DNA of 64,000 nucleotides from Candidatus Sulfopaludibacter sp. (GTDB lineage Bacteria > Verrucomicrobiota > Verrucomicrobiia > Limisphaerales > UBA11358): assembly GCA_035508155.1 (NCBI GenBank), contig DATJNM010000031.1, forward strand, positions 14,489 through 78,488, written 5' to 3'. Each line of letters starts with the position of its first letter. Position 1 is the stretch's first letter. This document shows positions 17,770 through 27,260 of this stretch, one piece after another. Under the pieces are notes generated by a model, which saw only the letters and a list, made by a program, of their open reading frames with translations, ran no database searches and was not told the origin of the DNA. The position numbers and the translations under genes are program-made.

Positions 17770-18378
17770 ATGGCATTTGAATCGGATTCGCCCCTTGACC
17801 GCCTCTGGCAGGAATATGGCCGGTTATTCGAGTCTTGGGACGATCATACGCTCGCGCGATGGCTCGCCCAGACGCTGGGTCAGCTCGAAGGTCGGGCGTG
17901 GCGGTTGTCGCATCCGCTGGTCGGCGCCTACCGGTTGGGAGCGCAACTGGCCCATAACCGTCAAATCTGGTTCAAGCGGCTGGCCACGCCGCCGGTCGCT
18001 TACATGGAATCCGCCTGCTGCCGCGCGCCGTTCCTCCCGTTGTTCACTCGCGACGTGCGTGAATCGGGCCTGATCTGCCAGCATTGCAATGAGACCCTGG
18101 TGCCGTTCGATGAAATTGCCGCCGATGTCCGCGCCGATCTTGACGGGTGGGCGAAACAATACGAACCCGTCCACGCGGTCGCCCATTGGGATGACCGCCA
18201 GCGCCGCCGCGTCGGCAATTACGACGCGGCGTACGAGAACGCGGCCAAGGAAGCCGAGCAATTCCTCGCGCGCGCGGGCCGCGAACTGGCGCCGCAAATG
18301 TTGAATCTCTATCCGGCCATCATCTGGGAAGACCAGGATGAATGCCTCGAAGTGCGGCCCGAAGACGTGCTGATTTAA
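17770..18378 (+). CDS. Hypothetical protein (Cys-containing, possible zinc ribbon CC..CQHC)
   Basis: ATG at 17770 (MAFESDSPLDRLW). The codon usage looks coding. No family was recognised. Confidence 0.55.
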   Translation: MAFESDSPLDRLWQEYGRLFESWDDHTLARWLAQTLGQLEGRAWRLSHPLVGAYRLGAQLAHNRQIWFKRLATPPVAYMESACCRAPFLPLFTRDVRESGLICQHCNETLVPFDEIAADVRADLDGWAKQYEPVHAVAHWDDRQRRRVGNYDAAYENAAKEAEQFLARAGRELAPQMLNLYPAIIWEDQDECLEVRPEDVLI

Positions 18379-18441
18379 TTTATGATTTGTGATTGGCTCC
18401 ACGACGGCGCAAGCCGCAAAATCGTAAATTGTGTATCGTAA

Positions 18442-19134
18442 ATGATTAAATTCGTTTTCAAGTGGCTGCTCCGGCTGGCCATCCTGGTGGTGGCGCTGGT
18501 CATCGTCCTGCTCCTGGCGCGCAATACGTTGTTGCGAGTTTATCTCGAACACCAGATCCGCGTCCAGACCGGCATGGACGCGGAAATCGGGAGCTTTTCC
18601 GTCGGCCTTGTCCAACCGACCGTCACGATCCGGAATTTACGGCTCTATAATCCGCCGGCCTTTGCCGGCACGCCGTTTCTCGACATCCCGGAAATCCACG
18701 CCGAATACGATTCCGCCGCCCTCGCCCGGCATGAACTGCATCTCACGTTGATGCGTTTCAATCTGGCGGAACTGGACATCGTCAAGAACCAGGCCGGGCA
18801 GACGAACATCTTTTCCCTCGGCCTGGCAGTACCGTCTAAAAAATCCGGCGGCCATGCCGGTGAATCGTTCACCAAACAAACCGGCCTTGAATTCAAGGGC
18901 ATTGACGTGTTGAACGTGTCCATCGGCACGGCCAAATACATTGATCTCAACAATCAACGAAACAATCGCACCCAGGTCATCGGCATCCAGAATTGCGTGC
19001 TCAAGAATGTGAAATCGCGGGCCGACCTGGGCGGGCTGGGGGCATTCATCGCTCTGCGGAGCGGCGATTTTTTCACGTCGCTGCAAGACCGGAGAAAATC
19101 AGGCCCGGGCCTGCTGAATCTGCTCGCGCAGTGA
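18442..19134 (+). CDS. Hypothetical N-terminally membrane-anchored protein
   Basis: TM helix LLRLAILVVALVIVLLLA followed by a beta-rich domain. No family is confidently recognised. Confidence 0.6.
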   Translation: MIKFVFKWLLRLAILVVALVIVLLLARNTLLRVYLEHQIRVQTGMDAEIGSFSVGLVQPTVTIRNLRLYNPPAFAGTPFLDIPEIHAEYDSAALARHELHLTLMRFNLAELDIVKNQAGQTNIFSLGLAVPSKKSGGHAGESFTKQTGLEFKGIDVLNVSIGTAKYIDLNNQRNNRTQVIGIQNCVLKNVKSRADLGGLGAFIALRSGDFFTSLQDRRKSGPGLLNLLAQ

Positions 19135-19188
19135 TTCCGCCGCCATTTTAACGTTTTCCGCGCGCCGAATCTTTTTTAACCTCGGCGC

Positions 19189-20265
19189 GTGCATCGGGAC
19201 CCGCTCAAATCCGCCGCCCGCGTCGTCGTGAAATTCGGCACCGGCGTGCTCACGGACAGCCGCAAGCAACCCGACCTGGCGCAGTTGGAACAGCTTGTCG
19301 CGCAAATCGCCGTTCAGCGCCAGGCCGGCCGGGAAATGGTGCTGGTCACCTCCGGGGCCGTTGGCGCGGGCATGGGCGCGCTGGGATTGGACAAGCGCCC
19401 GACCGAACTTGCTGAATTACAGGCCTGCGCCGCCATTGGCCAGTCGCGACTCATGGCCACTTACGCGGATCTCTTCGCGCGCCACGACCTGCACGTCGCC
19501 CAGGTGTTGCTCACCCACGACGACCTCGAACACCACGAGCGCCACCTCAACGCCCGCAACACCCTCGTCACCCTGCTGAACCGCGGCGTCGTGCCCGTGA
19601 TCAACGAAAACGATGCGGTCTCCATCACCGAGTTGAAATTCGGCGACAATGACAAACTTTCAGCCCTGGTCGCGTCCCTGTTGCCCGCCGATTTGCTGGT
19701 GATTCTCACCACCGTGGACGGCGTCCTGGAAAACTTCGGCCGGGCCAATCCCAAAACCATTCCCGTCATCGAAAAAATTGATTCGGCCCTGGAAAAAATC
19801 GCGCGCGGCACCGACAGCGAAACCGCCGTAGGCGGCATGAAATCCAAGATCGAAGCCGCGAAAATTGTGGTGCGCTCCGGCATCCCGCTCGTCATTGCGT
19901 CGGGCCGGAAAAAGAACGTACTGGCGCAAATCCTGGCCGGTACCGAGGAAGGAACGCTGTTTGTGGCGCCGGAGAAAAGGCTCCAGGGCCGCAAACGCTG
20001 GATTGCGTTTTTTCATCATCCCAAAGGCGCGTTGTTTGTGGACGACGGCGCCAGGCTGGCGTTGCGGGAGAAGGGCAAGAGCCTGCTGCCGCCGGGGGTG
20101 GCGCGCTGTGAAGGCGATTTCGCCGGCGGCGACGTGGTGCGGATTTGCGATTTGAACGGGACGGAATTTGCGCGCGGCATTGCGCGCTTCGATTCCGCCG
20201 CCATCCGCGCCCGCAAACTGCCGAAGGAGGAACTCGTGCACCGGGACGACCTGGTGATTCTATAA
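19189..20265 (+). CDS. proB: Glutamate 5-kinase (with C-terminal PUA domain)
   Basis: VVKFGTGVLT, MVLVTSGAVGAGMG, PVINENDAV, and a PUA-like C-terminus (GALFVDDGA..GDVVRI). Confidence 0.93.
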   Translation: MHRDPLKSAARVVVKFGTGVLTDSRKQPDLAQLEQLVAQIAVQRQAGREMVLVTSGAVGAGMGALGLDKRPTELAELQACAAIGQSRLMATYADLFARHDLHVAQVLLTHDDLEHHERHLNARNTLVTLLNRGVVPVINENDAVSITELKFGDNDKLSALVASLLPADLLVILTTVDGVLENFGRANPKTIPVIEKIDSALEKIARGTDSETAVGGMKSKIEAAKIVVRSGIPLVIASGRKKNVLAQILAGTEEGTLFVAPEKRLQGRKRWIAFFHHPKGALFVDDGARLALREKGKSLLPPGVARCEGDFAGGDVVRICDLNGTEFARGIARFDSAAIRARKLPKEELVHRDDLVIL

Positions 20266-20268
20266 TTG

Positions 20269-20335
20269 GCGATATACGATTTACGATTTACGTGCCGATT
20301 GCCAGAGCGCTCGTAAATCGTATATCGTAAATCGC
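20269..20335. repeat. Inverted pair of heptamer arrays (ATATACG ATTTACG ATTTACG / CGTAAAT CGTATAT CGTAAAT)
   Basis: 24-nt arms at 20269..20292 and 20312..20335, complementary with 2 mismatches and a 19-nt loop. It fills the proB-mazG spacer. Confidence 0.8.
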
Positions 20336-20337
20336 GA

Positions 20338-21036
20338 ATGAAGCGGAATTCCGCGGTTGACGATCTTCTCAAAATCATGGCCCGGCTGCGTTCGTCCACG
20401 GGCTGCCCCTGGGACCGGGAACAGAGCCACATGACGCTACGGCGCCATGCCATCGAGGAGGTCTATGAATTGATTGACGCCATCGAAGCGGAGGACGACC
20501 ACGAGATGGCCGAGGAACTCGGCGACTTGTTGTTGCAGGTCGTTTTCCATTGCCAGTTGGCGCGCGAACGCGGCGCGTTCGATTTCGACAAGGTCTGCCG
20601 GTTGCTGGTCAAAAAATTGGTGCGCCGGCATCCGCATGTTTTTGGCCGGATCAAGGTCAGGGGTGTGGATGAAGTGTGGGCGAACTGGGAAAAAATCAAG
20701 CACACGGAGAAAAAGGGGACGCGGCACGAACGCGTTTCGGCATTCGACGGCATCCCCAAACACCTGCCGGCGCTGCTCCGTGCTGAAAAGCTGGTCAAGA
20801 AGGCGCGCAAAACAAAACTCCTGGCCGATGGCCCAATCTCTAACCGGCGATCTACCAAGGGAGCATTGGCCAGGAAATTGTTTGACTTGGCGGAACTGGC
20901 TCAACACCACGGCTGGTCGGCGGAGGAATTGTTAAGCGATGAAGTAAAAAAGCAGGAACGCCGTTTGCGCCGGTCGGAGCTTTCGAAGACAAAGTCGCAC
21001 AACCACTCTCATTCCGGCAAAAGCTGGGCACGATAA
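20338..21036 (+). CDS. mazG: MazG-family nucleoside triphosphate pyrophosphohydrolase
   Basis: LRSSTGCPWDREQSHMTLRRHAIEEVYELIDAIE..ELGDLLLQVVFH and RRHPHVFG are typical MazG motifs. Confidence 0.88.
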   Translation: MKRNSAVDDLLKIMARLRSSTGCPWDREQSHMTLRRHAIEEVYELIDAIEAEDDHEMAEELGDLLLQVVFHCQLARERGAFDFDKVCRLLVKKLVRRHPHVFGRIKVRGVDEVWANWEKIKHTEKKGTRHERVSAFDGIPKHLPALLRAEKLVKKARKTKLLADGPISNRRSTKGALARKLFDLAELAQHHGWSAEELLSDEVKKQERRLRRSELSKTKSHNHSHSGKSWAR

Positions 21037-22193
21037 AAGCGAACCGCATCAGAGGACAACGAATTGGTAAAAGTGACGGTTCCGGTGGCGTTGGATACAC
21101 TGAGATAATCGTTCCACGTCAGCAGGTCTGGCGACCATTGAATGAGATAATTCCGGCTCGCAGCGCCGAGCAGATCGCAGACAAAGTTGGTGTCACTGAA
21201 GCGTGGAGACAGGAGCAAGCCGGGCCCGTTGGTCACTTGAACGCTGAGAGTCATAGATGCCAGCGTCGGCGGGTTGCAGATTTGTTATGGTGAAAACTGT
21301 CTGATAATACCCGCCGTACGTGCCGCCATCCATTTGAACAAAATTTGTCGCACCCGGAATGATTTTCCCATCTTTGCACCACTGACAGACCGGAACGCCG
21401 AAATCCGTGTAGGCAGCGTAATCATTTATTAAACTGATGGTCTCGCCTGGTATTCGAATCTGATTCGTCGGTGCGGAATCGGGCCATTGCTCATACCATG
21501 GCTCCGGCCATTCGGGCCAGAGTGGAAACTTGAGATTTGTCATCGAAGGAGTCGGATACGATCCGCCGCCGGCAACCATTTTTAATGTTGTGGACTGCTG
21601 TGTGTAAGTCCCCAGCCAAGGATAGGTCAGGTCCACTCGGTAATAATCGGTTTGACCAGGAGATACTGTCGGGACGGTTTGATCCCCTCCGTCAAAATAC
21701 CCAGCCCGGCTTGGATCATCATAATTGTACCAGAACCAAAAATCCCAAGTGTCGCCGACAGGTTGCATCTGATCCAGTTCGGGTCCGGCAACAACTTGAG
21801 CCGTACCGTTGGTAATAGCCATCCCCCAATTCCGCACTTGATAGCAGGCTTCAGCGTCAAAGCCTGTATTTCCATAATTAGAGAACGGCACGACCCCGCC
21901 TGAACCTCGTGACAGATAAGCTAACTGGCTTGGCACCCAGCCGATGGCATTTTTGACGACGACCATGTAGCAACCCGTCGGATCCGAATTGCTTCGGGAT
22001 AAAGTCGAGTTGGTCGCTCCTGGAATATCTGTCCCGCTCCAGCGCCATTGAAAACCGTTGGCATTGGTCGAGATAGGGAAAACGTTCCGGTGCCGGAGAG
22101 ATTGTGGGGTTGTGTCGTTATAACAGGCAAACTATCCCCTGAGGCCTGCATAACGGCAACTGCGAACCCCGAAGGAAATCATAGCACTCTCAT
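21009..22193 (-). pseudogene. Decayed gene for a secreted Ig-repeat surface protein (in-frame TGA + two frameshifts)
   Basis: Three overlapping minus-strand ORFs (21921..22151, 21193..21966, 21009..21254) read through as one protein when frames are switched near 22085 and 21252. ATG 22193 (MRVL) is followed by TGA at 22181..22179 inside a signal-peptide-like segment. Ig motifs are ITTQPHNLSGTG / FQWRWSGTDIPGATNSTL and NLQPADAGIY / TLSVQVTNGPG. Confidence 0.65.
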
Positions 22194-22424
22194 AATGATA
22201 ATGCAGCCGTTTGATTAGTAGACCACTTCAATTCTAAAATTTCAATTAATCATATTCTATCATTCCGATTGCAACATTGGGAAATGAGCGATGAATTCAC
22301 AAGACACAAACACGCATTTCGCCGCAGGGAAAGGTTTGAGGCGTTTGGATCGCATTTGACAGGCCGGGAAACTCGCGCCATTTTCCGGTGTTGAACTTAT
22401 TGGCTCGTTTACCTGTCAAACGCT

Positions 22425-23096
22425 ATGGGTTTTATGAAAACTCTAAACTTTCCAATCCTGTCATTGACAGTCATTACCCTCACTGCGCTGGCTTTGACGG
22501 CGGGCAATAGTGTGGGCCAGGATGCCACCACTGCCACCGCTCAACCGGTTGCTGCCAGCCAGGCGGCGCCGCAGTTGCCCTACGGCGTCCCGGACGTTTT
22601 GCGGCTTTCGCAGGCGAAGGTTGGCGATAGCGTCATCGTCAATTACATCCAGAACTCTGGAAACAATTACGGGTTGAACGCCGCCCAAATTATTTATCTG
22701 CGGCAGCAGGGTGTTTCCGATACCGTGATCAACGCCATGCTGAACCAGCGTTCACAGTCGGCGCAGACCGCGTCCACCGTAACAACTTCATCGTCGGACG
22801 ATTCGGCGGCGTACAGTTCCCAAACTTCAACTGCCGCAACGCAGCCCACGACAACTTACGTGCAGACGTCTCCCGCCTCGACGGTTTATGTGATTCCTGA
22901 CACGCAAACCTACTATTACAATAACTGGCTCTATTCCCGCCCGTACTATGCTTATTATCCCTACTACGGCTATTGCTGGCCTTACCCGGCGGTATCGGTT
23001 TCCTTCGGCTGGGGGGGCTATTGGGGCGGCTGGCGCGGCGGTGGCGGCTGGCGCGGCGGCGGTGGATGGCACAGCGGCGGTGGATGGCATCGTTAA
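22425..23096 (+). CDS. Secreted protein with S/T-rich linker and Tyr/Trp/Gly-rich C-terminal tail
   Basis: Signal peptide, helical repeat (VGDSVIVNYIQNSG..LNAAQIIYLRQQGVSDTVINAML), S/T tract, then YYYNNWLYSRPYYAYYPYYGYCWPYP..GWGGYWGGWRGGGGWRGGGGWHSGGGWHR. Confidence 0.7.
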   Translation: MGFMKTLNFPILSLTVITLTALALTAGNSVGQDATTATAQPVAASQAAPQLPYGVPDVLRLSQAKVGDSVIVNYIQNSGNNYGLNAAQIIYLRQQGVSDTVINAMLNQRSQSAQTASTVTTSSSDDSAAYSSQTSTAATQPTTTYVQTSPASTVYVIPDTQTYYYNNWLYSRPYYAYYPYYGYCWPYPAVSVSFGWGGYWGGWRGGGGWRGGGGWHSGGGWHR

Positions 23097-23193
23097 GGAT
23101 TGAACCGCTAAAATGTTGTGGTGTGTTGTGGCGGCGGTATGTGACCGCCGCATTTTTAATGTGAGGTTTGAGCGCGACGGTCATGGACCGCCG

Positions 23194-25071
23194 CTAGGAG
23201 GTTCCTGCCGGCCGGGCGCTGACAAATTCCCGATGCAGCCGGGCGTAAACGCCGTCCTGCCGCAGCAAACTCTCATGCGTGCCGCGCTCGACAATCCGCC
23301 CCTGGTCCAGCACCAGCACCAGATCGGCTTTGCGAATGGTGCTCAGGCGGTGCGCCACCACAAACGCCGTCCGGCCGCGCAGCAAAACTTCCAGCGCCCG
23401 CTGCAACCGCATTTCGGTGACCGAGTCAATCGCGCTGGTCGCTTCGTCGAGCACGACGATGCGCGGATTGGCCAGCATCGCGCGCGCGAAACACACCAGT
23501 TGCCGCTGGCCGAACGACAGGGCCGCGCCACGCTCGGCCACCGGCGAATGCAGGCCCTGGGGAAGCACCTCAATGAGTTCGGCGTAATCCAGCGCCGTCA
23601 GTGTCGCCCGCACGTCGGCTTCCGTCGCGTGGGGTCGGGCGAACCGGATGTTGTCCAACACCGTGCCGGAGAACAGGAAATTGTTCTGCTGCACACTGCC
23701 CATCTGGGAACGCAATGAGTCGCTGGTGACCGTGTTCAAATCCACCCCGTCCACGAGCACGCGCCCACTCGTCGGCAGATAAAATTTCTGTAACAACGCC
23801 ACGAGCGTCGTCTTGCCGCTGCCGGTGTGCCCGACGAGGGCCACGGTCTGACCCGGCTCGGCGACAAAGGAAATGTTCGTGAGCACCGGCCGGCCGGGCT
23901 GATACTCAAATTGTACGGCTTGAAACTCCACCCGACCTTGAATCGCCGGCAGCGGCCGGGCGTCCGCCGCGTCCTGCCAGTCCGGTTTTTGATCCAGCAT
24001 CCGGTAAAACCGTTCTGCGCCGGCCATCGCCATCAGGGCCTGGTTCAGCTGATTGCCGATGACCTGCACCGGGTCAAAGAACAGATTGGCGAGGAAGAAG
24101 AACATCACCAGGTCGCCCACTTCCATGTGCAGCCAGCCGTGCCAGCTCAGCGCCCCGTACGCGCTCAACAGCGCCATCGCCCCGAGGAACACCTGGCTTT
24201 TCAATTGCAGCAGCGGCACGAACACCGCCGAGGCCTGGGCCACGCCCACGTTGTTCTCGCCATGCACATTGATTAATTTGCGGAAAAACCCGGCGTTGAT
24301 GTCCTGCCGCACAAACGCCTGTGTCACCCGGATGCCACTCACCGATTCGGCCAGCGTGGACGCGACGCGGCTCCATGATTGCTGCACCATGCGCAGGCGC
24401 CGGCTCATTTCGCTGCGATATTTTTCGTTCACCACCCAGATCACCGGCGCGATCAGGAGCATCAGGGAAAACAGTTTCCAGTTGTACCACGCCATGAGCG
24501 CCGCGGAACCCGCCATTTGCAGACATTGGACCACCAGCACAAACGCCACGTCCTGGACCCCGGCCCGGACGCTGTCAATGTCCGAGGTCAACCGGCTGAT
24601 GATGCGCCCGAATTTGGTCCGGTTGAAAAATGACATCGGCATGGTCATCAGTTTGGCAAACAAATCCGAACGCATGTCATGGACGACCGCCTCGCCGAGT
24701 TCGAGTGCGAACCGCTGGCGGAAATGAAACGCGCCCACGGTGAACAGCGCCAAAAAGAAATAGGCCGCGGCATACCGGCAAATGCCCGGCAAATCCCGGC
24801 CGGCAATCGGGCCGCTGATGGTGCGGCCGATCAACCACGCCAGCGCCGGCAATTGCAGACCGCGCGTGAACGTCAGGATGAAGAGCCAGTTCCGTTTGGC
24901 CGCGTAGGGTCTTGTGTAGCGGAAAATCCGGCGAATGAGCGCCGGTTGCAACGGCGCCTTGTCCGCCTCGCGCTCCTCCATCGGATCATAAAACGTGAGC
25001 GCTTCCCGCGTGGAAAGCTCATCCCTGGCAGTTTTCGTGGCCGACGGTTTGCTGTTTGTTCTCTCGCTCAT
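23194..25071 (-). CDS. ABC exporter, fused permease/ATPase (type I exporter half-transporter)
   Basis: Six-TM N-domain, then Walker A GHTGSGKTT, signature SFGQRQL, and Walker B IVVLDEATSAID. Confidence 0.92.
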   Translation of the reverse strand: MSERTNSKPSATKTARDELSTREALTFYDPMEEREADKAPLQPALIRRIFRYTRPYAAKRNWLFILTFTRGLQLPALAWLIGRTISGPIAGRDLPGICRYAAAYFFLALFTVGAFHFRQRFALELGEAVVHDMRSDLFAKLMTMPMSFFNRTKFGRIISRLTSDIDSVRAGVQDVAFVLVVQCLQMAGSAALMAWYNWKLFSLMLLIAPVIWVVNEKYRSEMSRRLRMVQQSWSRVASTLAESVSGIRVTQAFVRQDINAGFFRKLINVHGENNVGVAQASAVFVPLLQLKSQVFLGAMALLSAYGALSWHGWLHMEVGDLVMFFFLANLFFDPVQVIGNQLNQALMAMAGAERFYRMLDQKPDWQDAADARPLPAIQGRVEFQAVQFEYQPGRPVLTNISFVAEPGQTVALVGHTGSGKTTLVALLQKFYLPTSGRVLVDGVDLNTVTSDSLRSQMGSVQQNNFLFSGTVLDNIRFARPHATEADVRATLTALDYAELIEVLPQGLHSPVAERGAALSFGQRQLVCFARAMLANPRIVVLDEATSAIDSVTEMRLQRALEVLLRGRTAFVVAHRLSTIRKADLVLVLDQGRIVERGTHESLLRQDGVYARLHREFVSARPAGTS

Positions 25072-25078
25072 TGCCGCT

Positions 25079-27001
25079 TCACGACTTCGACGTTGGCAGT
25101 TGAATGTTCAATGTTTCCGCTTGTTCAAGACCTCGACTCCCGACCTTCGGCCCCCGGTCCTCGTCAAGGTCCATGATTTGCAGCAAAGCCGTTTCGCGAT
25201 ACAACCCCGGCCAGCGCACCAACTCCGCGTGCGTGCCGGTCAGCGTCAATTGCCCGTCTTCCAGCACCAGTATCAAATCCGCCCGGCGCAACAGGCTCAA
25301 CCGGCTGGACACCACAAATGTTGTCCGGCCGGCCATCGCCTCGCGGAGTGCGGAAACGATTTCATTTTCCGTGCGCGCGTCCACCGACGCCGTCGGGTCG
25401 TCCAGAATGAGGATGGGGGGTTGCAGCAACAACGCCCGCGCCAGCGCCAACCGCTGGCGTTGCCCGCCCGACAGATCCACACCGGATTCGCCCAGGACCG
25501 TCTCGTAACCCTGCGGCAGCGCGGTAATAAACTCGTGCGCTGAAGCGATGCGCGCGGCGCGCTCAATCTGGTCCATTGTGGCGTGTGGATGGCCGAAGGC
25601 AATGTTCGCCGTCACGGTGTTCGAGAACAAAAAGCTCTCCTGATAAACAATTCCGATTTGCCGCCGGAACGTGTCCAGGTCCAGGTCCCGCAAATCCTGT
25701 CCGTCCGCCAGAATCCGCCCGCACTGCGGATCGTAAAACCGCGGGACCAATCCCAGCAAGGTGCTCTTGCCCGCCCCGGTCATGCCGAAAATGCCGACGA
25801 TTTGCCCCGGCTTCGCCTCGAAGGACACGTCCGCCAGCACCGGTTTGTCCGGGTGGTAGCCGAACGTCACCTTTTCAAAAACCATCCGGCCGGTGAGCCG
25901 CGCCGGTGCGACGGCACCGGGTTTGTTTTCCACCTCGAAGGGTGTGTCGAGCACTTCGAATACTCGCCGCGCCGCCGCCAGGCTTTGCTGCACCGAGTTG
26001 GCGATGGTGGAAATGTTCGCCACCTGCCCCGTAAACTGCTGAAGCAGGCCGGCGAACACCACCAATCCGCTGCCCAGCGGAATTTTACCCTGCACGTACA
26101 GCCAGCCGCCATAGGCGAACAGAATCACCAGGCTCAACTGTGACAGCATCTGCGTGCCGGGCGTGAACACGGACAAATCCCAAAAAATCTTCCGCTGTTG
26201 CGACGATACCGTATCGTTCGCCTCCTCGAAGCGCCGGACCTGGTGCGGTTCCGCGGCGAACCCCTTCACCGTTTGCATTCCCCGCACGCTTTCGCTGAAC
26301 AACAGAACCATGTCGTCGGACAACTCCCGGTTGCGCAGATAGCCAGGTCGCAGCCGCGTCGAATAAAAATGCGCCAGCCACCACAAGGGCAGTGATACGC
26401 AGAGGCAAGCCAGGGTCAACGCCGGGTGGATCCGCCACATGAAAACGGCGTAGGCCGCCAGCGTCAGGATCATCGTCGCGCCCTGCAAGAGGACACCGTC
26501 CACGAACAACCGTGTGTTTTGCACATCGCCCGTCACCCGGTTGAAAATCGAATTGGAACCGTGGACGTCGAAGAAGCTGAAACTCAGGCGTTGCAGTTTG
26601 GCGTAAAGTTGCGCGCGGAGTTCCGGCACGATTTCCCCCTGCGTCAACCGCGCGGTGACCATGTTGTAGGCGTAGGTAAGCGCCGCCCGCAACACCGCCT
26701 GGGCGACAATCGCCAGTGACAGCGTCGTGACAATCCGCAGCGGCGTCCAACCTGCCGGCGGCTGCCAGCCGAATGGATACACCGGCGTCGGTAATGACGG
26801 GTCGAGCGCGTGCCGGATCACGTCAATCACCACCCCCAGCAGCTTGAGTCCGACGATGCCCAGCAATAGCAGCGCCAGGCTCAGCGCCAGCGACCAGAAA
26901 CAATCCGCGCGGAACCGCCAGGCCAGGGCCAGCAGCCGGCGCACGAGTTCCCGCGTGGGATATCGTTCGTCGGCGGGCTGGTGGTTGATGTTCTCAGGCA
27001 T
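25079..27001 (-). CDS. ABC exporter, fused permease/ATPase (partner half-transporter)
   Basis: Walker A GMTGAGKST, signature LSGGQRQRLALARAL, Walker B ILILDDPTASVD. It lies 8 nt upstream of the paralogous half-transporter, so a heterodimer is likely. Confidence 0.92.
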   Translation of the reverse strand: MPENINHQPADERYPTRELVRRLLALAWRFRADCFWSLALSLALLLLGIVGLKLLGVVIDVIRHALDPSLPTPVYPFGWQPPAGWTPLRIVTTLSLAIVAQAVLRAALTYAYNMVTARLTQGEIVPELRAQLYAKLQRLSFSFFDVHGSNSIFNRVTGDVQNTRLFVDGVLLQGATMILTLAAYAVFMWRIHPALTLACLCVSLPLWWLAHFYSTRLRPGYLRNRELSDDMVLLFSESVRGMQTVKGFAAEPHQVRRFEEANDTVSSQQRKIFWDLSVFTPGTQMLSQLSLVILFAYGGWLYVQGKIPLGSGLVVFAGLLQQFTGQVANISTIANSVQQSLAAARRVFEVLDTPFEVENKPGAVAPARLTGRMVFEKVTFGYHPDKPVLADVSFEAKPGQIVGIFGMTGAGKSTLLGLVPRFYDPQCGRILADGQDLRDLDLDTFRRQIGIVYQESFLFSNTVTANIAFGHPHATMDQIERAARIASAHEFITALPQGYETVLGESGVDLSGGQRQRLALARALLLQPPILILDDPTASVDARTENEIVSALREAMAGRTTFVVSSRLSLLRRADLILVLEDGQLTLTGTHAELVRWPGLYRETALLQIMDLDEDRGPKVGSRGLEQAETLNIQLPTSKS

Positions 27002-27260
27002 TTTGGAACCGTCAAAATGCCTCAGCGCAAGGTCGCAATCGAATCAAAAAATGATAGATAGAAACCGCCGGAGTATATCGCCGAATGAAAAAGTTCGCTA
27101 TCTCCTGAAGCGATTGGCTTAATTTGGCAACCGTGAACTTCAACTCGCGCCATCGTTTTCTTCTTTATTCGGTTTGCGCCGACTGACGTCGGCGGTTACG
27201 GATTTTTTGAAACGCTCTGCCCTTTTCCAGGACCCCGAAAGCTAGAGCCGGAACCCGTTT

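Noticed and set aside
27177-27194. Hairpin cgccgac-tgac-gtcggcg followed by a T-run, as a terminator
   Set aside because: The T-run is on the plus strand while both neighbouring genes are on the minus strand. On the minus strand the hairpin is not followed by a U-tract. It is therefore not assignable as a terminator for either gene.
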